A DNA stretch of 24,427 bases from Elsinoe ampelina (taxonomy: Eukaryota), in the NCBI GenBank assembly GCA_010093995.1, contig ML992512.1, positions 699,319 to 723,745 of the forward strand, in the 5' to 3' direction. Shown here piece after piece: positions 1 to 11,367 of the stretch (position 1 is its first letter; each line of letters begins with the position of its first letter). The notes under the pieces were generated by a model. The model worked only from the letters and a program-made list of their open reading frames with translations, searched no databases and was not told the origin of the DNA. The position numbers were made by a program, and so were the translations under genes.

Positions 1-671
1 TTGGCGGTGGGGCACGAGGTGAGGGAGTCGGTGCAGGGCGACATATACCAGTTGTAGGTCCAGGTTACTTGGGAGGTGGAGGAGAGGGAGGTGTTGAGGA
101 GCGGGGTGCTAGCGTTGATGGGGAGGGGTGAGGTGCCGAAGGGGTTGGTGAATTGTGGGTTGTTGTAGGCGAGACCACGCTTGCCAGGGGTGCGGGCGTT
201 GGAGACGGGGGAGGCGACGGGGAGAGAAGAGGAGGTGGAGCTCGGGAGGAGGGATGAGGTAGCTGCGGGTTTCTTTGCCTTCTTCAATGTGGTAGTTGTG
301 GTGGTAGTTGTCGTGGTCGGTGTAGTGGTTGGTTTCCGGCGGCGAGTGGTGGTAGTGGTAGTGGTTGTAGTAGTCGTCTTGCTGGTCTTGGTCTTTTTAG
401 TCTTGCGCTCCGTCGTCGTTGTCGTAGTCTTGCGGGTGGGCGTCTTTTTGGCAGGTGTCTTTTTCGCAGCAGTCGTCTTCGGCGTAGAAGCTGCTTTAGC
501 TGCCTTGATCTGGGCAAAGAGCTCGACGATATTCTTCGCTACCGACACCTCCTGAATAATCTCGACAGTGTCCTCGGCCACATCTTGAGCCGTCCTATCA
601 GTGGGCGCACCCAGCACGCCCTCGCCAGCCGAGGCTAGGAGCAGACAAGCTGCCCACGACTTGACCAACAT
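1..671 (-). CDS. Secreted GH128/Asl1-like glycoside hydrolase (putative beta-1,3-glucanase), 5' part; runs off the left edge of the window
   Basis: Not in the ORF track because there is no stop in the window. ATG at 671 gives MLVKSWAACLLLASAGEGVLG-APTD (signal-peptide-like), then a Thr/Lys-rich linker, then GKRGLAYNNP...VTWTYNW, matching the KRGLAYN...W-x-YNW start of the GH128 catalytic core. Confidence 0.8.
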   Translation of the reverse strand, partial: MLVKSWAACLLLASAGEGVLGAPTDRTAQDVAEDTVEIIQEVSVAKNIVELFAQIKAAKAASTPKTTAAKKTPAKKTPTRKTTTTTTERKTKKTKTSKTTTTTTTTTTTRRRKPTTTPTTTTTTTTTTLKKAKKPAATSSLLPSSTSSSLPVASPVSNARTPGKRGLAYNNPQFTNPFGTSPLPINASTPLLNTSLSSTSQVTWTYNWYMSPCTDSLTSCPTA

Positions 672-1493
672 GATTCCTGATCAGTTGAGACGGTGTTGGT
701 AGCTCCTGGATTTTCTTCTTGACTATCTTTGGGTCCAAAGGGATGTCGAGAGCATAGGCGGCAGTGGCAGCGCACGGCGCAGATATAAAGATTGACTTGA
801 CAAGGATGATACGAAACATTTTTTCTAGATGGTCTGGTAGAAAGGAAGCAGGATTCAATGGTGTAAACATGTGCATCGTCGGATGCGTGGTCTGTACACG
901 CAAATTGCCATGAAACTGGTGGTGGACGTTGTCGAACGGTGTAGTCGCCGTTGGCTTCATTGCTCTAGAAGGTGGAGGAGAGGAAATGCCACAATGGTAT
1001 AATCTTCACCTTCATTTACTTACTGGTATCATTTCGAGCATGTCACGAGATTGTTCAAAGTGGTCGGATGATAGTGTTGATGATATTCGAGTTGTGGTGA
1101 TTGCAAGGAAGGAGATCAAGTCGTAAACCGATACGAAAGTACTTTGGAGCAAAAACCCCACCTCTCAATCAGGTGACCCGTTTCAGAGCCGCTATAATCT
1201 CGCCTTATCACTATCGATTCAACCACAACACGTGCAACCCGTCAAGAACTTCCCGTCGGGCCTCCGCCAGCATCCCTAGACCCTTCATGTCTCTCCTCGG
1301 AGGTGATTCGTGGCGATGCCACGTCTGCCATCTTCTCGGCATCCAGATCCGTCGACGACGGCTCAACAGGCTTCCACGAACGATTGTTGGAGGTGAAACA
1401 TTACTCTTTACATCAAGTCTAGAAGGTATAGACGCTCTTGGAAACCGCCCTCAGGCGTCCAGCGCAAGTCCAAGCGCTCATACATGGCTTGGT

Positions 1494-2486
1494 CTAGTAA
1501 TTGTCGCCTTCCCAAAAGTTGGCGGCTCCCTCAAGGTCATCCACATTCAGAAGGTCAACGCCCTCGTCGTATAGCTGTCGCCATACTGCATTTCTAGTAC
1601 CGACTGGCCACAACGGTAGCTCCCAGTATCTAGTCCTGATACCCTTTGACTTTGCGGTCGCGACTTGGCTTCGGAGAAGGGACAATTGAGTATCGTTGAG
1701 ACCCTTTGTCCTGACCGTGCCAAACGCGCGAAGGAAGCTGGTGCTGGCAATGGGGCTTACGTTGGCGGTGATGTTGCTGAAAGATGTGCCAAGGGTGGGA
1801 ATCGGGGCATCCCAGAAATAGTCTCGTGGGCTGACACCTTGAACCTGAGCGAGAGGAGTGTTGCCCGTGCCAATTACGGTCACTGCACCAGGGGTGACTG
1901 TCCCATTGCTGCTGACAGTGGTGAGCCAGCCGCGTTCGCGGAGAGGCTGCAGTGCTTGAACAGCGACAGGCCATGTGGTAGGACCGTTCGTCTTGATGTC
2001 AATCCAGAGGTAGAATGTTTGAGTGCTGGCTGCATCAAAGACACCGTTGTTGGTAGGTCCAATGAATGGCGACGGAGGGTTCTGGGCTTCAAGAATGCTC
2101 ACGAGCGGGTTGATGTAGAGAGACTGGAACGTTCTCTGCGGTGTCAGTGCGGAAGGTTCATGACCGACCTAGCAGGGTCAATACTTGATCAAAGTGCGCA
2201 GCTGGGGCATACGAACGTATAGAGTGCCATTGTACAACCATACGTCAGATTCAACCGAGACGGCACCGACTGATAGAGCAGTGTAGAGAGGGAGCTGCCT
2301 CCAGTAGTCATTGTGAGAGTGAATTGCCTTGGGTACTATGTCCTGGGTAAGCTGGGTAGGATATTGATATTGAGGTGCACCCGTGTTGGCCAGTATCTTC
2401 TGCAGGGGCGCAGAAAGAGGAATGTCACTCTGTGCCTGCGCGGTGATGGCCGCCGTCAATACTAGGAGAGAGGCAATAGCAACCAT
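1494..2486 (-). CDS. AIM6: Aim6-family PLC-like phosphodiesterase; exons 2486-2217 and 2168-1494, intron 2216-2169
   Basis: Motifs IHSHNDYWR, ALSVGAVSVESDVW, spliced LYVGHE..LTPQRTFQSLYINPL, LWIDIKT, RYWELPLWP, GVDLLNVDDL. A 48-nt GTTCGT...TTGAC...TAG intron joins the two ORF-track fragments in frame. Confidence 0.88.
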
Positions 2487-3009
2487 AATGGCGGTAATTC
2501 GCTACAGCGGCGGTGTGGTTCCAAAACTCGTAGACGGGCATCATGGCTATATACCTACCTTGTTAGGGCCTATCAAATTTTTGGTGGAAAATGACGGTAG
2601 AGAAAATGACGAAGGTGAAGTTGAGAAAGATGAAATGGCCAATGGAGGATCCCACGTGGTTGAATGGCGCCCCGCTTGGTGAGCCGGCCCTTCCTGCTTG
2701 CACCTCACCTTCTGTATTGGTCAATGGAGGAGAAAATTGCTCTGTCGAAGCATTTTGCAAGAGTGTTTCAGTATAGGTGTATGCAGTCGTGCGTAGAGAC
2801 ACGTCGGTATAGAAGTATCAACGGGAAAGACGAAATGTCCGACAAAGGCGAAACACGGCACCAGATCTACGGCCGTGGTGCAAAGCGAGAGACGGGGAAA
2901 CAAGTTACGGCTCCACGAAACTTGTACAAAAACCAAAATGGGGTTGGGTTCATTCGCAGGCTACGTGTAGGGTCGTGATGAGAATGCTCAAGCAGACAGA
3001 CAATGTGGA

Positions 3010-3654
3010 CTAAGATGAATCGGCAGCAGGCTCCGTCGCCTTGATCAGATCATCGAAAATCTGGTCAAAGGGTCCCCGATACTCGTCAAACAGCGCTTCG
3101 TCGCCCTTCAGACGATCAGGTCCTGTGATGTAAGCTCGAGGCAATTTGATGTTGACATCAGTGTCGAGCAACCGTGCATGAAGTCCCCCTGCGAGTACAA
3201 TCCTCAACGCCTCGCACGCCTTGGTGCCTCCATGACCGCCCAACGTGATGAGGGCAACCGGCTTGTTCGTCCACTCGTGGTACAGGTGATCGATGGCATT
3301 CTTCAAAGGCGCAGGAATACTCCAGTTGTACTGCGGCGACACAATGATGACAGCATCCGTCGATGAGATGAATCGAGACCAGGCTTGGACCCGCTCATTC
3401 TGATATGACATGGCGAGACGTTCGGGGCCATGGTCCGTCGGATGACCTTGCGGAATGAGATGATCGATTTCGAGAGGAAGCGGATGGCCCTCGGAGAATG
3501 ACAGGTGGATTTGTTGAAGGTCAATGTCAGTGTCGATCATGGTTCGTCCGTCGTTGCGAGCCGTGTGATTTTGTACGCATTTCGTCACCCAAGCGGCTAC
3601 ACCTGCTGTGTTGGATGGGTTTTGGATGCTGCCGGTGATGATAGCAATCTTCAT
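3010..3654 (-). CDS. NADPH-dependent FMN reductase / flavodoxin-like quinone reductase (Lot6/SsuE-like), intronless, 214 aa
   Basis: MKIAIITGS at the N-terminus, DAVIIVSPQYNWSIPAPLKNAIDHLYHEW (P-x-YN-x-S...LKNAID signature), KPVALITLGGHGG. Confidence 0.9.
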   Translation of the reverse strand: MKIAIITGSIQNPSNTAGVAAWVTKCVQNHTARNDGRTMIDTDIDLQQIHLSFSEGHPLPLEIDHLIPQGHPTDHGPERLAMSYQNERVQAWSRFISSTDAVIIVSPQYNWSIPAPLKNAIDHLYHEWTNKPVALITLGGHGGTKACEALRIVLAGGLHARLLDTDVNIKLPRAYITGPDRLKGDEALFDEYRGPFDQIFDDLIKATEPAADSS

Positions 3655-6047
3655 CTCGATGATCGGAAAAATTACTCTTTGTGTTTGGGATCGAAATATG
3701 CGGAACGCAAGCAGACAAGCAGCCTTTTTCTACACGATTGTACCTACCTGCTGTAATGAAGCATTCGGTTCGCTATCGCAAAGTCGGAAGCACGAGTGCC
3801 GATGGAAAAGTAGCCGAACAGTGAGGATACAAGGTCCTCGCTCTTTTGCGACCAACACGTGCCGAAGAATCCGTGCTGCCTGCCTGAAGGCGTTGTGGTG
3901 TCAGCGCAGAGGACGCGCAATTGTCGTCGGCGGTGGCTGACAGCGAGGCCGCGCTTCGTCCGAAATGCTCCTTTCCAATACGCATTATCGGCGAAAACTT
4001 GCCGCGACCGCTGCTTGATCTCGTTCACGCAAGAGATCGGTCGATGGTGTTGATGAAAAGGCCATGTTTGAAGGTGTCGACTACTGGCGAACCCCTGAAC
4101 GATTCACACGTGGCGAGGAGGCAAAAGGAGAGACACCCGGATCCGATCACGTGGTCTCGGATTTGGACGTATCTCTGTCATGCAACACGGGCAAATCTGC
4201 CGCGGGCCCAGAAGAAAGTCGAGGTCGCGACCTGGCGACACGGTTGCCAAAGGCAGGGTCTGCCGACAATCACGAGGATGCAGATCCATGAGGGGTTTCT
4301 GGCCCTGTATGCGGCAAACTCCAGTCGACACCCTCCACTGGGCCCCAGGCCCTCACGGTTTTACGGAGATTGCTGATCCGCGCTGGGGTAGAGAAGATTA
4401 ACCAGAGTCAAGTCACATAATTCAAGATTCAACCGGCAGATTGCAGTAATCCAACCAGCAGGACGAGCAAGATAGCAGCTGACACTCAGCACGACGGGTT
4501 ATTGTTTGAAAGCAACTCCTACACCATCCGTTTGTGGACTGTTGTAGAACGGATGGAGGGTGCACGCTGCAGAATCCTAAACGCTTCATGTGTGATGCAT
4601 CATGTGCTGTAGCTCTGTTCTGGCAGCCTCCTGCAGTCCAACAAGAAGTGTGAGCGGAACCACACCTCCATCAACACTTGTTGCATCACGAGGCGTATCT
4701 CTATTCACTGGGCTGCAGCTCAGGAGGTAACTTAGCTGCCGAACCAACCGAGGAACGCCTCGAATGTTGTTATAGAGATGTACAAACACAAGCAATCAAT
4801 CAAGCAGGAGAATTGCCAGGAATGCAGCACTCAGAAATCCAACTTGGCAAGCCACAAAGTGATCAAGGGTCTCTCTTCACCAGATGCAGCAGAAACGGTA
4901 CGCTACAGTAGTATTGACCAACCAGACCAGTCATGTCCCTGTGGTACATGTCGTTTGCGAAACACTTCAACGACGAATCACGTCGGATCTACCGAGCTCA
5001 GGAGCTCGTTGACACGCTGATTCGCTTGTGGCTTTTGGTTTGCAACGGAAAGTGTGATGTCAGACACGCTCGGGCTCGGTGACAAGGCTGGAATGGTCAT
5101 GGCTCGCGAAAGACCACACAGTCCTGCAGTGAGCAACCCAGCCATATGGTACGGAGAGATACGAGAGAGCGCAGAATAGGAAGCACGGCCATCTCGTCCG
5201 TTGTTTCTCGTTGACCGTCGCTCATGAGGTCCGCCCCCGTCCAGAATGCAGGTCAGTCGTCAGCCGTGGGTTGCGTCGTTGTGACTCTCGACACCAAACA
5301 AAGCACGCCTGTCATGTCAATCCCAGCCAACCACTCTTTAGCCTCCTCTTGCGACCCATGTCGACCCATGGCCTCATCCCGCAGGATAATCTGCAGGGTT
5401 CTTTTCGCCAAATCAGCCCTCCCTCCGCACCACGGACATTTTTTATTATGGAGCATTCGACGTCAAGAGATCTCCAGGGTCCGTCATCAGGCCCTCAGGG
5501 TTTAGCCTTTGGCTTGCTTTGGCGTCGCTTTGGCTTGCTTCGAACCACGTTTAGCGTTCGATAGGGGCAGCTTCCCGTCGTTAGCTTTGTCCTGCCTGCA
5601 TCGAACGGTTTTGATTCGACCGCAGCTGGGGCCGTTGTGAATGCGGCGAACATCAGGAGAGGCAAATGACGCCCGTGAGTGGCGGACTGAAAGCTGTCTT
5701 GGCTGCACCGACTAGCGTGCCATTCCCACAGCCGAACTGCATCATGGCGGCGATCTTAGCGCGTTTGCAACTGTGGTCCAGGGTCTACCGACGTATCTCA
5801 AGCTGTATCTAGCTGTACCTCGCCGCGAGACAGGCATGCTTACATATATCCAGCCAGTGCTCGCATGTTGACCCAGCCATACCATCTCTCGATATACACA
5901 GAACATCCAAAAGCTTTTCATCTTCGCCGAGGATCGAAATCTCCCATATCAAACCACCTCATCAAAGTCCTTCTACCTAAGCACTTCCCAAGCTTAGCCT
6001 TACTCCATACTGAACCATACCGCCTCCACCACACCAAACCATCAACA

Positions 6048-6314
6048 ATGGCCGCCGCACCCACCGACTCGGTCTACCAGTCCGACAACATCGCCGTCCC
6101 CCTCGAGGTCCAAGACCACTTCTCATCCCAATACAATATGGACGACCCGGAGCAAGCCCGCTTGTGCTACATGCGCGTCATGCACGAGCACACCAAGCAA
6201 CAATTCCAAATGGCCACGGCCTCGTCGCGACGACGAAACTCGCCCGCCACCCACGACATGGCCAGCCTGACCACCGAGTCATCCAACGGCTCCGTCTCTT
6301 CTACCTCTTCGTAA
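6048..6314 (+). CDS. Small hypothetical protein (88 aa)
   Basis: ATG in a good fungal context (ACAATGG) after a C/A-rich leader; strong C-ending codon bias; core DPEQARLCYMRVMHEHTKQQF..A..SSRRR resembles a small protein family I recall from filamentous ascomycetes (not verified); Ser-rich tail. Confidence 0.7.
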   Translation: MAAAPTDSVYQSDNIAVPLEVQDHFSSQYNMDDPEQARLCYMRVMHEHTKQQFQMATASSRRRNSPATHDMASLTTESSNGSVSSTSS

Positions 6315-7056
6315 CGCCATCATTGATACTTTACGATTACGACTTTCCTACACATCAAATGACATGCTAGCCATCATGGTGGAACGTGTCACATGATTCA
6401 TTGTTATCTACAACCATCCTCTCGTCGGTTAGCCGGGCATTTGCGCTGGCTTATTAGAGTACAGCATGGAGTTTACACGCATCGGACAGGATTTCATTTG
6501 GTGTGCAACAGCACTTACTAGCTTTTTCATGTAAGGACGACAGATATTGAGAACCAGCCTCATCAATCAAAGAACTACCAACAAAATCTACTCGTTTTCT
6601 CATGAATCACACCTGCTACGTTGATCATGTCTGCCATGTTCTCCCCATCGCCTCTCGTGGCATTCCGACTCGCATAATCCCTGCCATCATCGTCCTCCAT
6701 CTCAGTAGTCCCTCACTCCACGTCTCCAACCCCTCAGCACTTCGAAACCCCCTCCATATTCCAGCTCCATCCCACGCATTATTAATATCTCCACAGGACA
6801 CTTCTCCCTACCACCTCCACCCAATCTCTCCCGCCACCCATCCCCTTCCACATCGCAACTCATCCCGCTCCCATCGACCCACCCGCCGCGTTAGCGCAGT
6901 CGACGACACCGCAACAATGACCACTAGCTCACCCGGCCTGGACCCCGATGAAAAATACTGCCGTCCATCACAACAGACGATGCGGCGCCGTCTTCGATGC
7001 TCAGGCCCGTGGCCGTCTCGTATCGCGCAGCAGTGTGCGTGGTCCTTCTGCTGGGA

Positions 7057-7620
7057 TCATGGGCAGGCAAGGGCGGCGTCGTCATGGCAGTGGACTCTGA
7101 ACCTCGCTGCTGCGGAGAGACTGATGCGTGAACTGAAATCCGCTCTCGAAAAACCCGCTCTGTTTTGGGCCCCGAGGCACATACTGGGCGATCGCATGGT
7201 GGCGCCTCGTGTGCTCTGGCGAGGATGAGTCGCAAGGATGCTCGTCTTGCGACCAATTCCGATTGGTATTTCGGCGGAAGGTACATATGGCGGCACGGCA
7301 TCGTGACACCTAGCGTCTTCTTTGAATGGCCATTGGTCCGGAGTGAAACTCCATCCTACTTGTATGGTGAAACGAACATCCTGTAACATTGTCATGTTGA
7401 CGCCTGGCTCGGCTTTCACATCTCCTGCTATCCTCCCCACCACCTTCTCGTGTCCTCGAAGGGGTGGCAGATGGGTAGGGGTGAGCACTGGCTCGACTCC
7501 GCCAGGCTGATATATCTGCCGTCGGCGAGCGTCGCCGTCGTTGTCGAATTGATCTGCAAAGAACATGACCGTTCTATCGAAGGTGTTGGGACATCCTTGT
7601 TGTATGCATGCTGTCTGCAA
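7057..7620 (-). CDS. Possible hypothetical protein (strand and structure unresolved)
   Basis: 187-aa ORF with protein-like composition but no recognisable motif. It overlaps a competing + strand ORF (6602-7228) and a + strand intron-like segment (7602-7657). Confidence 0.2.
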   Translation of the reverse strand: MQTACIQQGCPNTFDRTVMFFADQFDNDGDARRRQIYQPGGVEPVLTPTHLPPLRGHEKVVGRIAGDVKAEPGVNMTMLQDVRFTIQVGWSFTPDQWPFKEDARCHDAVPPYVPSAEIPIGIGRKTSILATHPRQSTRGATMRSPSMCLGAQNRAGFSRADFSSRISLSAAARFRVHCHDDAALACP

Positions 7621-7982
7621 CAGTCATAGCCGCCAGATACTGACATATGACCGGCAGGATTCCCGGCCTACGCAGGTGGAGCTGATTTCGACAGCCCATG
7701 CCCACCCCATGTCCGCCCCATACAAGCAACTCCACCGTCATCTCGGGAACACCTGATCTCTACCCTCGCGTGCTTGATCTGATCTGGGTCATCCATGTCC
7801 GCCAGTCCCGATCGGGGCGGTCTCTCTTTCCTTCTTCAAGAGGATATCGACCACCGCTTCTTGCATCATTCTCTCATCCCATCTCCACCTCTTCCCATGG
7901 AGGAGACTTTCCATCTGGACCCCCCTCCCAACAATTCATATCTCTTCGGATTCCCTTGTCTCTTTTCACGTTCTCAACAGAA

Positions 7983-9872
7983 TCAATCCTTCACCCCAAC
8001 AACGACCATATTCCTAGGGCTGACCCCATACCCAAACACCGCCTCCACCCAACCCCTCACCCCCTGCTCCCGCACCCAACACCACCGGTCCGTGACAATC
8101 GCTGCCTCCACCACTCCTGCCGTGAACGCCATAAGACTCCACACCACCTCCAATTCCTTCTTCCTGTGCGCGTACTTCTCCTCGTACCCCTGCACGTCCT
8201 CATCGCTCATCCCCGCCAACGCATCGGAGAATGCCCGCGCCCGCTCCACCGAAAAGGTAGGATGTGTCTCATGACGACCAAGTTTGGCTGATGCGGCGCG
8301 GACGTAGCTGAGGAACGAAGCGTAGGACTTCCGCGGGAGGGAACCCAAAATTACGGGGTCTGTGGCGGGAGCAGAGTCCTGGCTTTCTCCATTCTCATTG
8401 ACCTCTTGCGTGGTCGAGGTAGCTCTGGCGCCCCAGTCTGGCCGTGGGGCGGGGACGAGACCTAGGTCGACGAAGACTCGCTGGAGAAGGGCGCGGTAGA
8501 AGTGGCGTCTGAAAAACCCTTCGCTGTCGTTGCGCGTCCAATTTCTTGGTGCTTGGACGGCCATCATGCGTGCGGTGATATTGAGGCGGACGCCGAGGGA
8601 GTTAGGCCCGTCCAAAGGAGATGGATAATTGCAGAAGCGGTCGCTCATGGGGAAGCCATGTGGGTCATGGCTGTTTTGCTGAACTTCGAGGCGTGTATTG
8701 CGGCCGCGGAGTGAGTCGAGCTTGAAGGTCGGTGGGCCGAGACGTTCGGTGAGGAGGTTGTAGCAGCAGCCGACTAGAGCTACGGCGCGGACAGAAGGAG
8801 TGAGCAGGAGCGAGCGGAGGCCGTGATGAGTGAGGTTACCACAAGCGTGGAGCCCAATGACTAGTGCACGGATGTCTCCAGGTGCGGCGCGGGGAAGAAG
8901 TCGCTTGTCTTCAGGGTCGAGAGAAGCGTTGTGTCTGATTGTATCAAGAGAGGATGGAGCAAGGATCTGAGAAGTGATCCTAGTCAGGTCACCATCCAGC
9001 AGGTAGTGGGAGACGTACTGCACCGCGCCTTGGGACGTGGGCATGCAGGAAACATTGACATCTTCGCGATCAGCTGGAATCGATAGATTTGGTAGGCCTG
9101 GATGACTGAAGAACCCTCTATCGCCTTTCCGGTCTCGCTTACTTGGATCGATCTTTACAGGGACGGTCCCATTTGCACGCTGCTGAGCCAGCTCCTCCTT
9201 GTAAATCTTTTTATTACGCATGATCGGTGCTGGCTTAGGCGCGAGTTTGGCGAGAATGTCCCAATTCTGAGAGCCCGTCACATTGTGTTCGCGGGACTCG
9301 ACTCCGACAACAGTATGGTCATGTGGTGGAGAGGCCAGTGCTCGAGGTAGATAGCCTTGACCACTGCCTAGGTCGATGATGTGGGTGATACTACTGTCAG
9401 GAGATGCTGCAGCGAGATCCTCGGTCAATCGAGAGATGTACGAAGTAAATTGACCGACTTCATGTACCTTTTTCACTCCCATGCCCAGAGCCACTTCTCG
9501 AGTCAGGGGCGTTGGCTCAGGACCGTCGAATCTATGGTCGAGAGTGTGCCGTCTGACAGTTCTGATGTACTCAAGGAGATCCTTCGGAGGTATAGAGGTC
9601 TTCCAAGGTCCATGATCCAGCCTGTCCAAGTCCTCTCGCATAAGCAGATCCAAGACATCCATGATATCGTGCGCCGAGAAGAAATCCCTCCATGTTTCTG
9701 GTAATATGGCTGTGTATAGACCAGGCTCGAAAGTGAAGAACTCCAGCATATGTACGCCACCACATAGCGTCCTTACAAGCTTTGAAGTCGTTATAAGATT
9801 AAGCAGAGAAGAGATGTACTCTTCTGGCGATGTGAAGGAGGCATCAATAGGTAGTGGTTTCTCAGGACCCAT
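7983..9872 (-). CDS. METTL25/RRNAD1-like SAM-dependent methyltransferase (Methyltransf_32 type), 629 aa
   Basis: MGVKKVHEV, SAM motif I IIDLGSGQGYL, LVIGLHACGNLT, VGCCYNLLTE, C-terminal EAAIVTDR...VFGYGVSPRNMVVVG. Confidence 0.9.
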   Translation of the reverse strand: MGPEKPLPIDASFTSPEEYISSLLNLITTSKLVRTLCGGVHMLEFFTFEPGLYTAILPETWRDFFSAHDIMDVLDLLMREDLDRLDHGPWKTSIPPKDLLEYIRTVRRHTLDHRFDGPEPTPLTREVALGMGVKKVHEVGQFTSYISRLTEDLAAASPDSSITHIIDLGSGQGYLPRALASPPHDHTVVGVESREHNVTGSQNWDILAKLAPKPAPIMRNKKIYKEELAQQRANGTVPVKIDPSKRDRKGDRGFFSHPGLPNLSIPADREDVNVSCMPTSQGAVQYVSHYLLDGDLTRITSQILAPSSLDTIRHNASLDPEDKRLLPRAAPGDIRALVIGLHACGNLTHHGLRSLLLTPSVRAVALVGCCYNLLTERLGPPTFKLDSLRGRNTRLEVQQNSHDPHGFPMSDRFCNYPSPLDGPNSLGVRLNITARMMAVQAPRNWTRNDSEGFFRRHFYRALLQRVFVDLGLVPAPRPDWGARATSTTQEVNENGESQDSAPATDPVILGSLPRKSYASFLSYVRAASAKLGRHETHPTFSVERARAFSDALAGMSDEDVQGYEEKYAHRKKELEVVWSLMAFTAGVVEAAIVTDRWCWVREQGVRGWVEAVFGYGVSPRNMVVVGVKD

Positions 9873-10194
9873 GTTGATCTAGGAGCCAATTGCTTCTCCG
9901 TCGAATCTTCGAACTTATTCTTAGCTGTCTCCAGCACGTACTCATGGTTTCATCTTGACCACCATGTGCCGAAGCTGGAAAGGTCTCGTCCAGCATGTGA
10001 AAAAGAGCGAATGTGCGGATGAAATGCTTCTGACCAATCAACACCATCCGTAGCGAGCCGCGTCAAGCGCGTCTTGAACATCTCCAGCTATGCTCACGTC
10101 GACTACATCTCCAATATGTATCGTCCTAGCCCAATGGCATAGCCACCGTCCCGCTTCAGCTTTTACTACCAGCCTCTAAATCCTCACCGTCCCA

Positions 10195-10973
10195 ATGGCT
10201 CAACCCCCCGACGACCCTTTCCTGCAAGTCCAATCCGACCTCCTCTCCAACCTCGACTCCGCCCGTCCCCTCTTCCAATCCTACCTCCGCATCCGCTCCA
10301 CTGCCACCTCCGCCTCCTCGCCCGAACTCCGCGAAGCCCGCACGGAGCTCGAGTCCGTCCTGCAAGACCTCACCGCCGACCTCGCGGACCTTCTCGAGAG
10401 CGTCAAAGCGGTCGAGAAAGACCACTACCGGTATGGGCTCGAGATCGAGGAGGTGCAGCGGCGCCGACAGCTGGTCGAAGATGTAGGGCGGGAAGTAGAG
10501 GATATGCATCAGGAGTTGCGGCAGACGGTGGAGGCGGGTGGGAAGGGTAAAGGCGTGGGGCCGGATGGGCTGCCGCATCCGAGTGATTTTGATAGTGAAG
10601 GGGAGGAAGGGGATGGGTATGGGGAGTTTGAGCAGCAGAGGCAGATGGAGATTATGGCGGAGCAGGATGAGGCGTTGGATGGGGTGTTCAAGACGGTGGG
10701 CAATTTGAGGGCGCAGGCGGATACGATGGGGAGGGAGTTGGAGGAGCAGGCGGAGTTGTTGGATGATGTGGATAATGTGGCAGACAGGGTGGGGGGAAAG
10801 CTGCAGACGGGGATTAAAAAGATTGGTTATGTGATTAAGAAGAACGAGGGTAGGTGTGGGAAGTTGTGGATGAGGGCATGGGCTGACAAGTTGTAGACAC
10901 GTACTCGAGCTGTTGCATCGCGCTGTTGATTGTTATGCTGATCATCTTGCTGGTCATTGTCATTGCGATATGA
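10195..10973 (+). CDS. TLG1: t-SNARE Tlg1/syntaxin-6; exons 10195-10849 and 10897-10973, intron 10850-10896
   Basis: N-terminal DPF..VQ.D syntaxin-6 domain; SNARE motif EQDEALDGVFKTVGNLRAQADTMGRELEEQ. A GTAGGT...GCTGAC...TAG intron restores DTYSSCCIALLIVMLIILLVIVIAI* (tail anchor). Confidence 0.93.
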
Positions 10974-11367
10974 GCTGGGGAACGAGGACAGGGAACAAGC
11001 ACAAAGCGAAGAGACTGTTTTAAACGCGAGGCAGACCGACTTCTTGCCGCAGATTAAGGACTTGCAGCCTGTCGCCGCGGTAACACAGCTGGCACTCCGG
11101 TCGCTACACAGGCAACGGAAGACCGATACGATGAATCTGTTGAGGGCCCGGAGCCAGAGCGCTCGACATATGTCTGGTAAGTCCTACTGAGTTGATTGCT
11201 GCGCTATCAGCTGATTCAATCATAGTCTGTGAACGGCCGTTCAGTAAGGAGATACCCAGAACTGTACTATACAACATGTACGAATACACCACGAGCCCAG
11301 CAACAAGCTACCAATCGACCATTCTTCCAACAAACAGAAACCTCTCCCTCCACCCCACCATCCCTTA

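Noticed and set aside
181..555. Val-rich + strand ORF resembling a membrane protein
   Set aside because: It is the antisense shadow of the poly-Thr/Lys linker of the - strand GH128-like gene.
598..960. 120-aa - strand ORF as exon 1 of the GH128-like gene
   Set aside because: A different frame starting at ATG 671 gives a signal peptide and is continuous with the catalytic motifs, so no intron is needed.
3700..5710. Numerous 60-150 aa ORFs in the long intergenic region
   Set aside because: No motifs, no consistent codon bias or splice structure, and mutually overlapping as expected by chance in GC-rich DNA.
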